Of a stretch of DNA of 33,706 nucleotides, positions 1 to 10,520 are shown piece by piece. The stretch covers positions 75,742,900-75,776,605 of the forward strand of contig NC_068990.1 of NCBI RefSeq assembly GCF_001194135.2, read 5' to 3'. The stretch comes from Octopus bimaculoides. Lineage: Eukaryota. The notes beneath the pieces are model-generated. The model saw nothing but the letters and a program-made list of their open reading frames with translations, did not search any database and was not told the DNA's origin. The position numbers were made by a program, and so were the translations under genes. Within the stretch, counting starts at the first letter, position 1; every line of letters starts with the position of its first letter.

Positions 1-35
1 CTTTAACGTTTCGAGCTACGCTCTTCAACAGAAAG
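1..35 (-). ncRNA. Minimal type I hammerhead-ribozyme-like motif with variant core (CUGUUGA), Penelope-like-element terminus type
   Basis: Reverse complement reads CTTT-CTGTTGA-A-GAGC-GTA-GCTC-GAAA-CGTT-AAAG: stem I CTTT/AAAG (cut by the window edge), stem II GAGC/GCTC, GAAA, palindromic AACGTT. The core differs from CUGAUGA at A6. Confidence 0.6.
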
Positions 36-137
36 AATACGGAGAAAACAAGGAGAAACACACGGAGAAAAAAAAATTGAATGTTTGGTCAGCGATTAAT
101 CATGGCGACTCATATATGTATGTATGTATACACATAC

Positions 138-209
<72 letters not shown>
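138..209. repeat. (GATA)n microsatellite
   Basis: Direct reading of the sequence. Confidence 0.98.
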
Positions 210-211
210 TA

Positions 212-410
212 TCTTGTTTCAGTCAGCAGACTGGGACCATGCTGGGATACCATCTTGAAACATTTCAGTCGAATGAATTAACACTACTAGTATTTTTTTT
301 TCAATCTTTGTCCTGATCCAACGTGATAGTAGTAGACACTTACTCAAGGTGCCACACAGTAGAACTGAAGCAGAATTCATGTGTTTGGGAAACGAACTTT
401 GCCACAAACG
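212..410 (-). mobile_element. Degenerate, internally deleted SINE family A copy
   Basis: Reverse-complement similarity to the tail (cttgtttcagtca...accatgctgg) and head (gacacttactcaaggtgccacacagt) of the intact copy at 10663-11023. Confidence 0.7.
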
Positions 411-847
411 CATGATTTGTTTTCAGACACCAAATCTTCAGTTTTTTTATCAACCATATTCATATAATGGGTTCAGAAACAGGAGCACTTCATAAATTCT
501 GAAATTTTGGAAACATACTGATAAATAAAAAAACTAAAAATTAAAGTTGATATCTGACACGTCATATCGTGTTCCTGGATAGAGATGGAAAAAAATGTAC
601 TTTTAACAACGGAGCTATTTTTCATACAGAGTCAACAAATTTACGTGTCTAAAACTGTAACACGTATGTGCATGAATAGCTTCTACTAGGAGCAAAGCAA
701 ATCGCACCTTTTGTGGTAATTAACTTTTCATAAAAGTTCATTATACATCGGTATAATAGCCTTCATTTCTGGGATTTGGTGTAGCGTTATGCTTGTCCTA
801 AAGTAAAATACAACCATACACAAATATGTCTGTCTATCAATCTTTAT

Positions 848-882
<35 letters not shown>

Positions 883-990
883 CCTATATCTATCTGTCTA
901 TTTATTTATCTATCTATATTTACATGTATATATTAGACATCATATATGCATCCACATATAAACACATATATATTATGTCATGTGTGTATG

Positions 991-1042
<52 letters not shown>

Positions 1043-1043
<1 letters not shown>

Positions 1044-1150
1044 GTGAAGGCGCGTGGTTTAGAGCTTAGAATCGTAAGATTGTGGTATCTCTTCTTGGAC
1101 TGGTCGATGCGTTGTGTTCTAGAGCAAAACACTTCATTTCCTGTTACTCC
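1043..1150 (+). mobile_element. SINE family B 5' fragment
   Basis: gtgaaggcgcgtgg...gcgttgtgttctagagcaaaacacttcatttc matches 29592-29700 and the reverse complement of 7590-7700. Confidence 0.7.
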
Positions 1151-1316
1151 ATTTCTACCACCCGCCTTTTACTCTAAATTGGGTAATCTTTCAATGGGCT
1201 GGCTTTCGTACAGGGGTGGAGAGGGAGGAAATATATACGCTACAGAATTCAAGAAACCGAGCCAAAGAGTTTATAACTCGAGAACCACCTTGGATGCTTT
1301 TGATATATATACATAC

Positions 1317-1656
1317 AGGGGCAGGCGTGGATTTGTGATAAGGAGCTTGCTTCCCNNNNNNNNNNNNNNNNNNNNNNNNNNNNNNNNNNNNNNNNNNNNN
1401 NNNNNNNNNNNNNNNNNNNNNNNNNNNNNNNNNNNNNNNNNNNNNNNNNNNNNNNNNNNNNNNNNNNNNNNNNNNNNNNNNNNNNNNNNNNNNNNNNNNN
1501 NNNNNNNNNNNNNNNNNNNNNNNNNNNNNNNNNNNNNNNNNNNNNNNNNNNNNNNNNNNNNNNNNNNNNNNNNNNNNNNNNNNNNNNNNNNNNNNNNNNN
1601 NNNNNNNNNNNNNNNNNNNNNNNNNNNNNNNNNNNNNNNNNNNNNTATATATATAT

Positions 1657-1693
<37 letters not shown>

Positions 1694-1887
1694 CATATAT
1701 ATGTTTGTGTGTCTGTGTTTGTCCCCCCAACATCGTTTGACAACCGATGCTGGTGTATTTACGTCCCCGTAACTTAGCGATTCGGCAAAAGAGGCCGATA
1801 GAATAAGTACTAGGCTTACAAAGAATAAGCTATGGGGTCGATTTGCTCGACGAAAGGCGGCGCTCCAGCATGACTGAAACAAATAAA
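1317..1887 (+). mobile_element. SINE family A copy spanning an assembly gap
   Basis: Head (gcaggcgtggatttgtgataaggagcttgcttccc) lies before the N-run. The 3' half (1701-1887) is highly similar to 10800-11000. Confidence 0.8.
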
Positions 1888-2004
1888 TACATGTGTGTGT
1901 GTCTTTGCGCGCGCGCTCGTGCGTGCGTGTACGTGTGCGCGCGTGTGTGTGAGCGCGCGTGCATTTGCCTGTGTGTGTATGTGCGTGTGTGTGTGTGTCA
2001 TTGT

Positions 2005-2205
2005 ATTTGTATTTGTTCCCCCATCACCACTTGACAACCGGTGTTGGTGTGTTTACGTTCCCAAAATTTAGCGTTTCCGCAAGCAGACCGATGGAACAAG
2101 CGCTAGGTTTAAAATATATGTCCTGTGGTCGGTTTGTTCAAATGAAAACCCTTCAAGGTGGGGGTTCAGCGTGGCCACATTCAAATGACTGCAACAAGTA
2201 ACGTT
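2005..2205 (+). mobile_element. Older SINE family A 3' half
   Basis: ttgacaaccggtgttggtgtgtttacgttccc...caaatgactgcaacaagtaa aligns to the family A 3' half. Confidence 0.75.
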
Positions 2206-2246
2206 ATAAAGGGACAACAGCATACATATACGTAAATTACATATGT

Positions 2247-2500
2247 TTGGGGGCTGATGAACGTGTGGTTAAAGCGGTCTTGATTCCCATCCCGGCGGTG
2301 CGGTTGATCTTGCGCAAAACGCCCCATTTCACTCTACATCAGTCCACTCAGGTATAAATGGGTAACACTGCGAGGGAGTGTCCATTCCCATCAGGGATGA
2401 ATAATATCATTGGAAAGTTACAATAGTACGCGGAAGCGCTTTGTGACCAGCAGTGCATAACATAAACCGATCGTCCGATCGTTATAATGATATATACAAT
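2247..2500 (+). mobile_element. Degenerate SINE family B copy
   Basis: Shares catttcact...cagtccactcag(g/c)tataaatggg and the ttgtgaccag...ataaca tail with 29592-29810. Confidence 0.6.
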
Positions 2501-2699
2501 GATATATATACGGATTGCCGGGGTCGGTAACATCAGATGAGGTGTATTACGATATTAATCCTTGTAGCTTGTGTTGTGGTTCAAATTGTACCAACATCCA
2601 TGCTGCCTTTCTCTGCATCTGATTCGATATAAATATATATATTAGAAAAAATAATAAGGTACTCAGATATCTGGATGCTTTTTTTAGGCCTATTAATGA

Positions 2700-2770
2700 T
2701 GCTATCGGCCTCTTTTACTGAACCGCTATGTTACGGGGACATAAACACGCCCACACATTTTGTCAAACAC
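2700..2770 (-). mobile_element. SINE family A internal fragment
   Basis: ctatcggcctctttt...gaaccgctatgttacggggacataaacac is the reverse complement of the family A middle segment. Confidence 0.7.
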
Positions 2771-2870
2771 ACACACATAGATACACACTCACACACACAC
2801 ATACACGCGCGCGTGCACGCACACACACACACACACACACACACTCACATNNNNNNNNNNNNNNNNNNNN

Positions 2871-2985
2871 GCAAAATAGGAACCTGATAGAATAAGTACC
2901 AAATTTTTTTTTTTTTTAAATACTGAGGTCGTTTTGCTCGACCAAATCCTTTTATATGGTGCCCATGAAACAAGTAAAAGATAAA
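2871..2985 (+). mobile_element. SINE family A 3' fragment
   Basis: gatagaataagtacc...gaggtcgttttgctcgac...gaaacaagtaaaagataaaa. Confidence 0.65.
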
Positions 2986-3759
2986 AATAATATGTATATA
3001 TTTAATTTAAGATGTATTTTTTCTCATTGTAAGTTTACCAACATAATCTTCGTCAAAAGTGGTTCTGCTAGATACGAGCAAATATTCATACACTGCATTC
3101 AATTTCGAACCTTTGACTGCATATCTATAATCTTCAAAGTGGTATACAACCTTTTGTCACAATACTGTCACATTCCATTAATACTACACAGAACGCATCA
3201 CGACAAAACGACCGAACGTGCACACATACACACATCGATGCAACCTTTCACTCTAAATACCAACTACAATGTACTACAATCACCACGGTTCATTTTTTTT
3301 CTTTTCTTTCTTTTTTATTTTTCTATCTTTACTTCTGCACCGTCTGCTCCAGTAGCAGACGACAGTGATGTGGTGGGAGCAGACGACACCGATGTAGTGG
3401 GGAACGTAAAGATGATGAGGAGAAAGACGCTTGTCTGGATGACTAATAATGTCTATCAATTCACTGAATGAATCGAAATGACTGACTACTGTGACTATAG
3501 CGACTACAGTGACTACTAGTGCTGCTTGCAAGTATTCAACACTAGCTCGGCTTGTCGTTGTCACAGAAGTTAAAACAAAGAGCACTAAAGCACTACTAAA
3601 TATTAACTTAACGTACAAGATATTTATTTGTTTACTGGTTTAAGCATACATCATATGGTATTCTATATCTGGTATCGTGGTGGTGTTGGTGGTGGTAATA
3701 CTATTCGTGCTGGTTGTGATAATGCACCTGCTGATGTTGATGCTGGTGTTTTTATTCGC

Positions 3760-3866
3760 GTGACTTCGCAATCACATGGATGCGGGTTCAGTCCCACTGC
3801 GTGGCACCTTGGACAGGTGACTTCAACTAGTAGATTTGGTAGACGGAAACTGTAAGAAGCCCGTTG
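3760..3866 (+). mobile_element. SINE family A 5' half, internally deleted
   Basis: cacatggatgcgggttcagtcccactgcgtggcaccttgg...gatttggtagacggaaactgtaagaagcccg; B box GGTTCAGTCCC. Confidence 0.8.
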
Positions 3867-6064
3867 TGCATGTGTGCATTAATCCTTTCCTTCCTTGGCT
3901 TTCGCCAAGCAACGCACGCACCACTTTGTCTCTCTCGGGTTCGTGCCTCATCGCGTTCATACACATAATTTTTCCCGTCTGGCCGTAAAGCCTTTTCTGT
4001 TTGTTTTCCTGTCTTGTCTTTTGTCCGCCACTACATTCCTCCATGGCTAGATTTAATTTGCGTATACAAATTTAATCTGCGATCCATNNNNNNNNNNNNN
4101 NNNNNNNNNNNNNNNNNNNNNNNNNNNNNNNNNNNNNNNNNNNNNNNNNNNNNNNNNNNNNNNNNNNNNNNNNNNNNNNNNNNNNNNNNNNNNNNNNNNN
4201 NNNNNNNNNNNNNNNNNNNNNNNNNNNNNNNNNNNNNNNNNNNNNNNNNNNNNNNNNNNNNNNNNNNNNNNNNNNNNNNNNNNNNNNNNNNNNNNNNNNN
4301 NNNNNNNNNNNNNNNNNNNNNNNNNNNNNNNNNNNNNNNNNNNNNNNNNNNNNNNNNNNNNNNNNNNNNNNNNNNNNNNNNNNNNNNNNNNNNNNNNNNN
4401 NNNNNNNNNNNNNNNNNNNNNNNNNNNNNNNNNNNNNNNNNNNNNNNNNNNNNNNNNNNNNNNNNNNNNNNNNNNNNNNNNNNNNNNNNNNNNNNNNNNN
4501 NNNNNNNNNNNNNNNNNNNNNNNNNNNNNNNNNNNNNNNNNNNNNNNNNNNNNNNNNNNNNNNNNNNNNNNNNNNNNNNNNNNNNNNNNNNNNNNNNNNN
4601 NNNNNNNNNNNNNNNNNNNNNNNNNNNNNNNNNNNNNNNNNNNNNNNNNNNNNNNNNNNNNNNNNNNNNNNNNNNNNNNNNNNNNNNNNNNNNNNNNNNN
4701 NNNNNNNNNNNNNNNNNNNNNNNNNNNNNNNNNNNNNNNNNNNNNNNNNNNNNNNNNNNNNNNNNNNNNNNNNNNNNNNNNNNNNNNNNNNNNNNNNNNN
4801 NNNNNNNNNNNNNNNNNNNNNNNNNNNNNNNNNNNNNNNNNNNNNNNNNNNNNNNNNNNNNNNNNNNNNNNNNNNNNNNNNNNNNNNNNNNNNNNNNNNN
4901 NNNNNNNNNNNNNNNNNNNNNNNNNNNNNNNNNNNNNNNNNNNNNNNNNNNNNNNNNNNNNNNNNNNNNNNNNNNNNNNNNNNNNNNNNNNNNNNNNNNN
5001 NNNNNNNNNNNNNNNNNNNNNNNNNNNNNNNNNNNNNNNNNNNNNNNNNNNNNNNNNNNNNNATGTACGGCATATATATATATATATATATATATGTATA
5101 TGTCTCAATGTACGGCATATATATATATATGTCTCAATGTACGGCACATATATAAAATTACATACATATATTTGCATACCCACAATTATATGCCTTCATA
5201 CACAGCACTGGTGCCAAGTTGTTTCTCCCTTTGCTTTTCTCTTGAATAATATTGGAGGCATAGAGAGGTGGAGCTGGCATGCACGGCCGACTGCTGGTCT
5301 TCCATAAAACAACCTTGCCTGGACTAGTACCTCGGAGGGGAACTTTCTAAGTGCAACCCCATGATCATTCATGACCGAAGGGAGCCTTTAACCTTTTACA
5401 ATTTCTGTGTGTGTGTGTGTGTGTGTGTCGAAGGGTGATAGGTACATATAAACATGCATACTTATCTATACGTATATCTATCTGGTTACGCATACTCACG
5501 CACATAAGCCCACGTAATTACGTACACATATACATATATATAGATATGATTCTGAGCACACACACATATACACACACATACATAGATAAATATACACACA
5601 CACACACACACACATATGTGTGTATATCAAAGAAAATGCATGTTTATACGCACATATATATATATATATATGTGTATGTATGGATGGAAAGATAAGTAAA
5701 TGAATAAGTATATATGTTGTTTTATGTATGTATGTACGTATGCATGTATTCATGCATGTATGTATGTATGTATGTATGTATGTATGTATGCGTGTATAGG
5801 CAGCTCCCAAGTGATAGAGTCCTCAGAGCGCCGAAAAAATTGCTTTGCACAGCGCCGAATAAACTGTTGTAGCAGGTTGCGGTTTTAGATAATATCCTAT
5901 CTTCTCGTCAGTAGACCTATATATAACCTATCAGTACTGTATTGGGATCGATTCTATCCTTTCCTTCAAGTCTTCTATCTGTATGTTTGTCACTCTTCTG
6001 TCATAAAGAAATCATCTTTGGTTAGACATGTAGAAGGTGGACTTTGTCAGGTATGAGTGCATGC

Positions 6065-6280
6065 AAGGCACGTCGAGCTAGCAGAATCGTTAGTAAGGCG
6101 GGAAAATTTCTTAGCGCTATTTCGTCCTTCTTTACGTTCTGAGTTCAAATTCCACTGCAGTCAGTTTTGCTTTTAATCATTTCGGGTTCGATAAAATCCG
6201 TACCAATTGAACACTGGGTTTGATGTAATCGACTTACCACTCCCCCCGAAATTCCTGGCCCTGTGCCAAAATTTGAAACC
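6065..6280 (+). mobile_element. SINE family C copy
   Basis: Colinear with 22356-22570 from aaggc...gagctagcagaatcgttag to tgtgccaaaatttgaaacc; B box GAGTTCAAATTCC. Confidence 0.85.
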
Positions 6281-6364
6281 AGCATATAGCAGTCAAATGA
6301 AATATGGTGGATGAAAAGTGTAAATATAGTAGAAAGATATATCTAAAGTATATACTGTTTATAT

Positions 6365-6520
6365 TTTTCTTGCTCTAGTCACTGGACTGCGACCATGCAC
6401 GGGCACCGCACTGAAAGGTATGGTCAAAGAAATCGACCACAGTTCTCATGTTAAGTCTGGTATCTATCTATTTTATCGGTCTCTTCTGCCGAGTCGTTAA
6501 GTTACGGTGACGTAAAACAA
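6365..6520 (-). mobile_element. SINE family A 3' half
   Basis: ctgcgaccatgc...gggcaccgc...tctattttatcggtctcttctgccga...aagttacggtgacgtaaa is the reverse complement of the family A tail. Confidence 0.75.
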
Positions 6521-6589
6521 AATCAAAAAAAGTTCTCAAGCAATGATGATGGAACAAAAACAAAATCAAGCCACTACCACCATCACCAT

Positions 6590-6621
<32 letters not shown>

Positions 6622-7484
6622 NNNNNNNNNNNNNNNNNNNNNNNNNNNNNNNNNNNNNNNNNNNNNNNNNNNNNNNNNNNNNNNNNNNNNNNNNNNNNNN
6701 NNNNNNNNNNNNNNNNNNNNNNNNNNNNNNNNNNNNNNNNNNNNNNNNNNNNNNNNNNNNNNNNNNNNNNNNNNNNNNNNNNNNNNNNNNNNNNNNNNNN
6801 NNNNNNNNNNNNNNNNNNNNNNNNNNNNNNNNNNNNNNNNNNNNNNNNNNNNNNNNNNNNNNNNNNNNNNNNNNNNNNNNNNNNNNNNNNNNNNNNNNNN
6901 NNNNNNNNNNNNNNNNNNNNNNNNNNNNNNNNNNNNNNNNNNNNNNNNNNNNNNNNNNNNNNNNNNNNNNNNNNNNNNNNNNNNNNNNNNNNNNNNNNNN
7001 NNNNNNNNNNNNNNNNNNNNNNNNNNNNNNNNNNNNNNNNNNNNNNNNNNNNNNNNNNNNNNNNNNNNNNNNNNNNNNNNNNNNNNNNNNNNNNNNNNNN
7101 NNNNNNNNNNNNNNNNNNNNNNNNNNNNNNNNNNNNNNNNNNNNNNNNNNNNNNNNNNNNNNNNNNNNNNNNNNNNNNNNNNNNNNNNNNNNNNNNNNNN
7201 NNNNNNNNNNNNNNNNNNNNNNNNNNNNNNNNNNNNNNNNNNNNNNNNNNNNNNNNNNNNNNNNNNNNNNNNNNNNNNNNNNNNNNNNNNNNNNNNNNNN
7301 NNNNNNNNNNNNNNNNNNNNNNNNNNNNNNNNNNNNNNNNNNNNNNNNNNNNNNNNNNNNNNNNNTATATATATATATATATATACACAAACACACACAC
7401 ACACATGTTGGATTCTCCCATCGAAGACGATGTATGAGCGTTCAGCTTTTACCGAACGACCTGCACAAATGATTTGTTTATAAT

Positions 7485-7700
7485 GATCAAATGCTCGTGC
7501 CCCACATTAGCTTGTTCTCTCCATTAAATCGACGTTGTCTGAACAAGTGCACTGAGTACTATGGGCCAAGTGTCGAAGTAATCGCAGGACAACGCGAGAA
7601 TAAGTGTCTTGCTCAAGAACACAACGCACTACCAGGAATTGAAATCACGATCTAGTGATCGTGAGTGCAACACTCTAACCACTAGGCCATGCGCCCTTAC
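7485..7700 (-). mobile_element. SINE family B copy (tRNA-derived head)
   Basis: Reverse complement starts gtaagggcgcatggcctagtggttagagtgttg (A box TGGCCTAGTGG), continues ...atttcaattcctgg (B-box-like), then gcgttgtgttcttgagcaagacactt. Confidence 0.8.
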
Positions 7701-7764
7701 TATATATGAGAACATTTAATAAACAAACTTTACTTTCTTGTCTCTATATGTATATATATCATAT

Positions 7765-8262
7765 TCGTCCATCGGAGCGACGAGGACCAACTTGTCATGC
7801 TTAGGATGACTGACGACTAGCGCGGTGACCGTCAACTTCAATTTCTCATCTTCAATTCAGTAGTAAGACCAGGCCAAGGCCTTTGTAGATGGAGAAAAAA
7901 TGAAGTGGATGAACAAGAAGTCTCACTTGCTAAACTTTGTTCTCCACTAGGCATTGCTGCAGCCACGCTCCCCTGATTTGTACGATGAAGTTTTCTACCA
8001 CAGAGTTCGCCGTACCCAGTCTTCGCACATGTAAGTAGACAAGCCCTAACAATCCATTAGTGGGATTCTGACAAGTGTCCCTACTCCGGTTTCTTGTAGA
8101 CTAGGAAGCAATAGTAGCTACCAGGTTGTTCCGCAGTCCTCAAAATAGCAGAACACCCGAAACAACCCTACTACCGGATGCAGTTTAAAGCGTTCCAAGT
8201 ACCCGGTATAAAAATTAGATGCAATACGCCACTGTACTAGACAGTGGGAATAGTATGCCCTT
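7765..8262 (-). mobile_element. Putative non-autonomous RTE-related element (UTR-like sequence, no ORF)
   Basis: GC-richer 500-bp block with no ORF, ending in ...tggtcctcgtcgctccgatggacga followed by a TA-rich tail, which is reminiscent of RTE termini. The family assignment is from resemblance only. Confidence 0.35.
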
Positions 8263-8350
8263 GTTACATGCTTTTTCTTAATTTAAACTGATGCCTTCTA
8301 TTTCTGCTTATGAATATAAATATATATATATATATACACACACACATACA

Positions 8351-8385
<35 letters not shown>

Positions 8386-8401
8386 GTATACATACATACA
8401 T

Positions 8402-8453
<52 letters not shown>

Positions 8454-8590
8454 GCATTCGTCGGTCTCGTGAGGCCATGGATCTGCGCTCGAAGAAATCG
8501 TGTCAACTGCTGATGGTGGTGCAGCATCTGTTATGTCTGTACAAGTCCACACGGGAATAGCAGTCACGTATACAGCGACTGACAATCTCA
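8402..8590 (-). mobile_element. 3' end of an RTE-clade LINE with a (TAC)n tail
   Basis: Minus frame ending at the stop 8505-8503 reads SRCIRDCYSRVDLYRHNRCC, matching the RTE C-terminal Cys/His motif (CxxCxRxCxSRxGLxSHxRxC type). It is followed by the typical RTE 3' UTR atccatggcctcacgagaccgacgaatgcc and a (TAC)n tail at 8453-8402. Confidence 0.85.
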
Positions 8591-8957
8591 TTTTTCCTTC
8601 ATATATAGGGAAACTTAAAACAATATGCAGCGTGTCTGTTTCAAGATTGATGAGCCTAATTTGAGCGTTTGCTAAAATTTCTTTACCGTACCTCTTCAGA
8701 TGCTCTACGTTCTCAGTCCAAATCTCGCCAAGGTCAACTGAGTGTTTAATTTTTTTTTTTTAAACTTATGTAAGAATAAATGGGCCAATCCAAGGCGTTG
8801 TGTTGGTGGGCCTTTTAGAGAGTTGAATAGACGCCTTACGTTATTTCAGTGGTTCTCGACCATATTTTGCCGATTCTTTCTTTATTTTATTGGACACCAC
8901 CGCCATGTTAAAATATCATTATATTTTTATAATTAAATATTATAGAGAATAGTATAT

Positions 8958-9077
8958 GTCTACGGCCATATCACGTTGAAAGCACCGGTTCTCGTCCGAT
9001 CACCGAGGTTAAGCAACGTCGAGCCTAGTGAGTACTTAGATGGGTCACCGCTTGGGAAACCTAGGTGCTGTAAGCGT
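8958..9077 (+). rRNA. 5S rRNA-derived sequence, full length (120 nt), diverged copy or retro-head rather than an array gene
   Basis: gtctacggccatatcacgttgaaagcaccggttctcgtccgatcaccgaggttaagcaacgtcgagcctagtgagtacttagatgggtcaccgcttgggaaacctaggtgctgtaagcgt follows the metazoan 5S consensus. Helix GCCTAG/CTAGGT pairs. The internal control region deviates from the usual consensus (GAGGTTAAGC, TGAGTA, TAGATGGGTCACC). No TTTT terminator follows. Confidence 0.92.
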
Positions 9078-9203
9078 CACACTTTGACCGATAGAATAAG
9101 TACTAGGCTTACAAAGAATAAGTCCTGGGGTCGAGTTGATCGACTAAAGGCGGTGCTCCAGCATGCCCGCAGTCAAATGACTGAAACAGTTAAAAGAGTA
9201 TAT
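8958..9203 (+). mobile_element. Chimeric 5S-headed retroposon (5S rRNA + SINE family A 3' tail)
   Basis: 5S (8958-9077), spacer cacacttt, then a SINE-A tail from 9086 with about 4 mismatches in about 100 nt versus 15145-15245. Flanked by the direct repeat agtatat at 8951-8957 and 9197-9203. Confidence 0.8.
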
Positions 9204-9412
9204 AAATTATTAAAGCATTTTGTATATTGTAGAGGTATAAACAATTTATTGTTCATAAACTTCAATAATAAAATTTTATATAGACCCACCCAAGGCTCAT
9301 ATGGGCCACGGTTGAGAACCACTGTGGCTGATTTTGTTCTAATAATTATGTCTGTGACAACACTGTGATACTGAATAAGCACTGCAGGTGTGGAGTAGAA
9401 AAGGAGACTTAC

Positions 9413-9540
9413 ATGAATGAGCCAAAAAACTTTGCCCAGGCCACCGCATACAAGTGCAAAGAACGGTCAACCGTAGCCATTATAACGGCTTCTTATATAA
9501 CAAACAGGTCTGGATCACATAGCTCTAGATATTACTATGC
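9413..9540 (-). other. Candidate spliced exon (128 nt) of an unidentified minus-strand transcript
   Basis: Acceptor tttaatttcttttttttttcttttttacag and donor CAT|gtaagt. All three frames are stopped in the 5' part. A possible start ATAATGG (9480) gives MATVDRSLHLYAVAWAKFFGSF up to the donor. Confidence 0.55.
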
Positions 9541-9689
9541 CTGTAAAAAAGAAAAAAAAAAGAAATTAAACAGAATGGTGGTCCAACTGAAAGTGAGTCG
9601 ATCACAAAGAAAGGACCGTCATGGCGGATTTCGAACTACAAATACAAAAATTAAAACAAAACAAAGAAACAATTGGAGCGACTACTACA

Positions 9690-10331
9690 ATTACTACTAT
9701 TAGTGCTGCTACTGCTGCTGCTGCTGCTGATGCTGCTGTTGCGATTCTAACAACAACAACAATTTAGTTGGGGTAACACCACTAACACGACTAAAATAAC
9801 CAAACAAACAACAATGACTGCAACAACACCAGCAGCAACCGAGACAACATCATCGACCGACACCAACAACAGTAACAACAACAAACATCAACAACCAACA
9901 ACAACAAACGACAACAATAAACCATGGTAAACAAAGTAAATAATACCGGAATAGCAAAACAGTTTTTATTGATTATAATGTACACTTATAGACTGTGTCT
10001 AGTGATGATGAGGATGATGATGATGATGATGATGATGAGGATGATGAGGATGATGACGACGACGACGACGACGATGATGATGATGATGATTATGATGATG
10101 GTGATGGTGGTGGTGGTGGTGGTGGTGATGATGATGATGATGATGATGGTGATGGTGGTGCTGGTGGTGGTGGTGGTGATGATGATGATGATGATGATGA
10201 TGATCATGATGATGATCATCATCATCATGATCACGAAGAAGAAGAAGAAGAAGAAGAAGAAGGTGATGAGGATGATGATGATGACGACGACGGCGATGAA
10301 GCTCACGGTGTATGATGACGGTGTATGATGT

Positions 10332-10375
<44 letters not shown>

Positions 10376-10520
10376 TTGATGATGATGATAACTATAAATA
10401 GTAGTAAAAATACATGAAAGTAAAAATAAAATCTGATTTAAAACATAAAGCATAAGTTATTTGTTGCTATTAAATGACGCTGCTACTGCTGCTGCTGCTG
10501 CTGCTGCCGCTGCAGTTGTA
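9690..10520. repeat. Compound trinucleotide low-complexity tract (GCT, CAA, GAT, GAC, GGT, CAT, GAA)
   Basis: Direct reading; consecutive blocks of related triplets. Confidence 0.95.

Larger units (their letters stand above)
8847..9324. mobile_element. hAT (Charlie-type) MITE, interrupted by the 5S-SINE insertion
   Basis: TIRs cagtggttctcgacc (8847-8861) and ggttgagaaccactg (9310-9324) match at 14/15 positions; interior is AT-rich. An 8-bp TSD is not preserved (cgttattt vs tggctgat). Confidence 0.75.

Noticed and set aside
8030-8262. HDV-like ribozyme at the 5' end of the putative RTE derivative
   Set aside because: A CUAA-like motif and local hairpins are present on the minus strand, but I could not build a consistent P1/P1.1/P3 pseudoknot by hand; a covariance-model search would be needed.
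8298-8591. ORF MRLSVAVYVTAIPVW...poly-L that looks like a signal-peptide protein
   Set aside because: It is an alternative frame of the RTE 3' end plus its (TAC)n tail.
8958-9077. Functional 5S rRNA gene
   Set aside because: Solitary, lacks an oligo-T terminator, has promoter-box changes, and is fused to a SINE tail with a TSD; treated as retroposed.
8976-9368. 130-aa plus-strand ORF
   Set aside because: It reads through 5S-derived, SINE and MITE sequence.
9995-10315. Acidic D/G/H/E-rich 106-aa ORF
   Set aside because: Pure triplet-repeat mosaic with no splice or start support; open frames are expected in such tracts.
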